From Squalus acanthias (lineage: Eukaryota), in contig JASTWF010000048.1 in NCBI GenBank assembly GCA_030390025.1, positions 1,984,001 to 2,048,000 of the forward strand: DNA of 64,000 bases. Direction: 5' to 3'. The notes beneath the pieces are model-generated. The model was not told the DNA's origin. It did no database searches and saw nothing but the letters and a program-made list of their open reading frames with translations. Each line of letters opens with the position of its first letter. Positions within the stretch are counted from its first letter, which is position 1. Made by a program: the position numbers and the translations under genes. This document shows, one piece after another, positions 60,804 through 64,000 of this stretch.

Positions 60804-61293
60804 CAGACTCCAGGCGCAATAATACACGGCCGAGTTATTCGCTCGCAGGCTGGAGGACTTCAGGTTGAACTCGTTGTCATTTGGTCGCTCAGCGGCAAAA
60901 CCGTCCACCGTCCCCTCTGCAGTGACACGTTGTACAGTTAGGGAGATAAACATCAACTGCGGCTCATTCCCTGGATATTGTCTATACCAGTACATGTAAG
61001 GGTTACTTGCTCCCTCCACAGAGCATTTCAGTTCCATTTCACCACCAGGAATTTTGGAGACAGCGGCGGGAGTCTGGCGGATGCTCTGCGAGTTCACATC
61101 TGGGAACGAGACAGGGAGAGGAGGAGGTCATTAAACAGGGACTACCGGTCACCGGAAAAAGAAAGAATACGGAATGAAAGAAAGAATAAAGACAGAAAGA
61201 AAGAAAACGTAAAGAAAGGCTATTAACAAGAATTAATTTTTGAAATAGGTCCTTACAGGGAAAGAATATCATTAGACCCAGTAACATATACAT
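60804..61293 (-). CDS. TRBV: TCR V gene, family 1, intact; L 61293-61257, V 61099-60804
   Basis: MYMLLGLMIFFP|YVNSQSIRQ...CSVEGASNPYMYWYRQ...YYCAWS. Confidence 0.9.
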
Positions 61294-62423
61294 TTTTTGC
61301 TGGAAGCTTTTCTCTTAACAATGAAAAGAGCGAGAACAGGAGAGTTGCGTCTTGTGAGGTTCCAACCCGCTCTATTCAAATCATTGAGGAAAGCATGAAG
61401 AGCGTGAGGAAGTGATGCAGGTTTGGACTGTCCAACCCCTACCTCCCTGATTGACAGCCCCGCCTCTCCCTCTCTGATTGGCAGGCCAGCTACTCCTTCT
61501 CTGATTGACAGTAATTAGAGCAGCCGGGAGCTGAATGTTGCAATGGGGACACAGACGGATTAAATGAACGAGCAAAACAGAGGTAGATGGAGCTAAATGT
61601 CGGCAATGTGAGATCATCCACTGCCAACCTAAGAAAGAGAGATCAGAAAATTTGCTGAATGGTGAAAAGCTGGGAACTGTGTAGGTGCAAAGGGAATTAG
61701 GTTTCAAGCTTCACAAATCGCTCTCGGCCAGTAGACAGGTGCAAAAATCAAAAAGGCTAATGGCATGTTGGTCTTTATCTCAAGGGTGCTGGAATACAGA
61801 GGAGAGAAAGATAAGCTTCAGTTGTACAGAGACCTTGTCAGACTCCATCTGGAACAAGACTTTCAGATCTGGGCAACAAACTTCAGGAAGGATATATTGG
61901 CGTTGGAGGGAGAGCAGCAAAGATTCACCAGAAAGATACCAGGGCTTAGAGAATTAATATATGAGGACAGATTACATAGACTAGGCTTGTATTCCATTGA
62001 GTACAGAAGATTGAGCAGTGATCCTACTGAGGTGTTGAAAATGTTAAAAATATTGGAGACTGTAGATAGAGAGAAGGTATTCCCTCTGGTGAGGGGCAGT
62101 CCAGAACTAGGGGACATCAAATGAGCTTTAAAGCGAGTCCGATCAAGGGTCATATCTGGAGGCCCCACTTGACACAAAAGAAAATGAAAATCTGCAGTTC
62201 TCTCGCCCATAGTGCTGTTGAGGGAGAGCTCAACTGGAGATTTAAAAACTTAGAATTCGGTTATCTAAGGGTATGAAGGGTTAAGGAACCAATGTGGGTA
62301 AGTGGAGTTAAGATTCAGATCAGCCATGATATGATTGAACGGCGGTTCAGCTCATGGGCCTGAATGGCCTCCTCCTGCAACGAATAAACCATGTTCCAGG
62401 CACTGGTTGGTTTCATGGTCCTG

Positions 62424-62441
62424 GAGCGCCCTCTGCTGCCC
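62424..62441 (-). promoter_or_regulatory. CTCF motif GGGCAGCAGAGGGCGCTC
   Basis: Paralog of 18174; its V is expected beyond the window end. Confidence 0.6.
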
Positions 62442-62982
62442 CTGTGGAGATTTAAAACACCGCGCCAGTGGACAAAAGCAACACGCCATCAGTGGAGAAA
62501 AACCCAACAATCGTTTAATTTACTTTCTTTCATTCATTCATTATTTCTATCTTTATTTCGTTTTTGCATTTGTTAATATTCCATTTTTGGGGGTCTGAAC
62601 CAGTTTCCCCTGCCCCTGAATGCGCTTGCACTCGGCTAACTGAATGTGCACAAAAAATTTAGCAGAGGATGGGTTGATATTGCACACTGTCAGCATTACT
62701 TTCCATTCATTTCTCCATCATATGCTTATCTCCCTTAACTGCTTCTCTGCTTTTCACTTCAACTATTCCTTGTGGTAGCGAGATCCGCATCCTCACCACT
62801 CTCTGGGAAAAAAGATTCTCCTGAATCCCCTAATGGATTTATTAGTGACTATCTCATATATAAGGCCACTAGCTTTGATCATCCACATAAATGAAACTAT
62901 CTTCTCTACGTCTATCCTATAGAATCCCTTCCATCATTATAAAGACCTCAATCAGGTCATCCCTCGGTCTTCTCTTCTCTAG

Positions 62983-64000
62983 TGGTCATGATGCGGAGGT
63001 GCCGGTGTTGGACTGGGGTGGACAACAATGAGAAGTCGCAGAACACCAGGTTATAGTCCAACAGTTTTATTTAAAATTACGAGCTTTCGGAGCTGTTGCC
63101 CCTTCGTCAGGTAAAGGTACAGTGAGGGAATCTATTACACAATATATATACACAGAGAGCAATTTGTTTGCAGAGATAGAATCTTTTAGGGAGGCATTAC
63201 ATCAAAGACACATCAGAGTGCAGCTAAGACAATGAGGTGGGTCACAGGGGATCCAACGTGTCAAATGCTGCCGTCTGCAGTTGAGCTTTTAACTTTTTTT
63301 TTGTATTTTTCGGGGGGGGGGGGGGTTGGTGTTTTTTTTAATAAAAACTGGGAAGACAGACAACGATGTCGAGTCACGTTCTGTAGCGTGACATGAACCC
63401 GAGATCCCTATTGAGGCCGTCCTCAAGGGTGCGGAACTTGGCTATCAGTTTCTGCTCGATGATTTTGCGTTTTCGTGTGTCTCGAAGGCCGCCTTGGAGA
63501 ACACTAATTTGCAGATCCGAGGCTGAATGTCCTTAACTGCTGAAGTGTTTCCCGACTGGGAGGTAACAATCCTGCCTGGCGATTGTTGCGCGGTGTCCGT
63601 TCATATGTTGTCACAGTGTCTGCATGGTCTCGCCGATGTACCATGCTCCGGGGCATCATTTCCTGCAACGTATGAGGTAGACAACGTTGGCCGAGTCACA
63701 TGAGTATGTACCATGTACCTGGTGGGTAGTGTCCTCACTTGTGATGATGGTATCTGTGTTGATGATCTGGCATGTCTTGCAGAGCTTGCCGTGGCAGTGT
63801 TGTGTGGTGTCGTGGTCGCTGTTCTCCGACAGCTGGGTAATTTGCTGCGTACGATGGTACTTTCGAGGTTAGGCGGCTGCTTGAAGGCGAGTAGTGGAGG
63901 CGTGCGGATGGCCTTAGCAAGGTGTTCGTCGTCATCGATGACATGTTGAAGGCTGCGAAGAACATGGCGTAGTTTCTCCGCTCCGGGGAAGTACTGGACG
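62983..64000 (-). mobile_element. Penelope-like retroelement 3' part (GIY-YIG endonuclease, degenerate)
   Basis: Minus-strand translation CKTC...GTYSCDSANVVYLIRCRK*CPGAWYIGETMQTL*QHMNGHR; interrupts sequence paralogous to ~18735. Confidence 0.8.

Noticed and set aside
2516-61293. IgH, IgNAR, NAR-TCR, TCR-gamma or TCR-delta identity
   Set aside because: No octamer promoters seen, no V-D-J-C clusters or V-D-J units, no CAR/CAxW endings; MYWYRQ, AERP, CAWS, CRE-type promoters and 23-RSS fit beta best. The CAC ending leaves minor doubt without C-region linkage

Overview
Vertebrate, almost certainly cartilaginous-fish (shark-like CR1 LINEs, Deu-domain SINEs, Penelope), germline T-cell receptor variable-gene array, most consistent with TCR-beta (TRBV). 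All V segments are on the minus strand with a split leader (L exon, phase-1 intron, V exon) and, where intact, a 23-bp-spacer RSS. No D, J or C segments are visible. There are three V families. Family 1 ends in YYCAWS and strongly resembles mammalian TRBV30; it has 16 copies (6 apparently functional, 7 pseudogenes, 3 relics). Family 2 ends in YYCACS(T/S/I); it has 5 copies, all open (one runs off the window edge). Family 3 ends in YFCACSD; it has 2 intact copies and 1 relic. The array is built from nested tandem/segmental duplications, with a main offset of about 40.6 kb. The most notable non-coding structure is a set of about 19 CTCF-type motifs, all in the same orientation, lying downstream of the V/RSS units. 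In family 2 the motif sits exactly 34 bp from the nonamer. This recalls the loop-extrusion/RAG-scanning architecture of mammalian Igh/Tcrb loci. Also present: ETS-CRE promoter motifs, a 27-bp GC-box/TGATTGACAG promoter minisatellite of variable copy number, an orphan promoter plus leader-like module, many CR1 fragments and 11 assembly gaps. Family, motif and repeat assignments are by eye and from memory, not from database searches.
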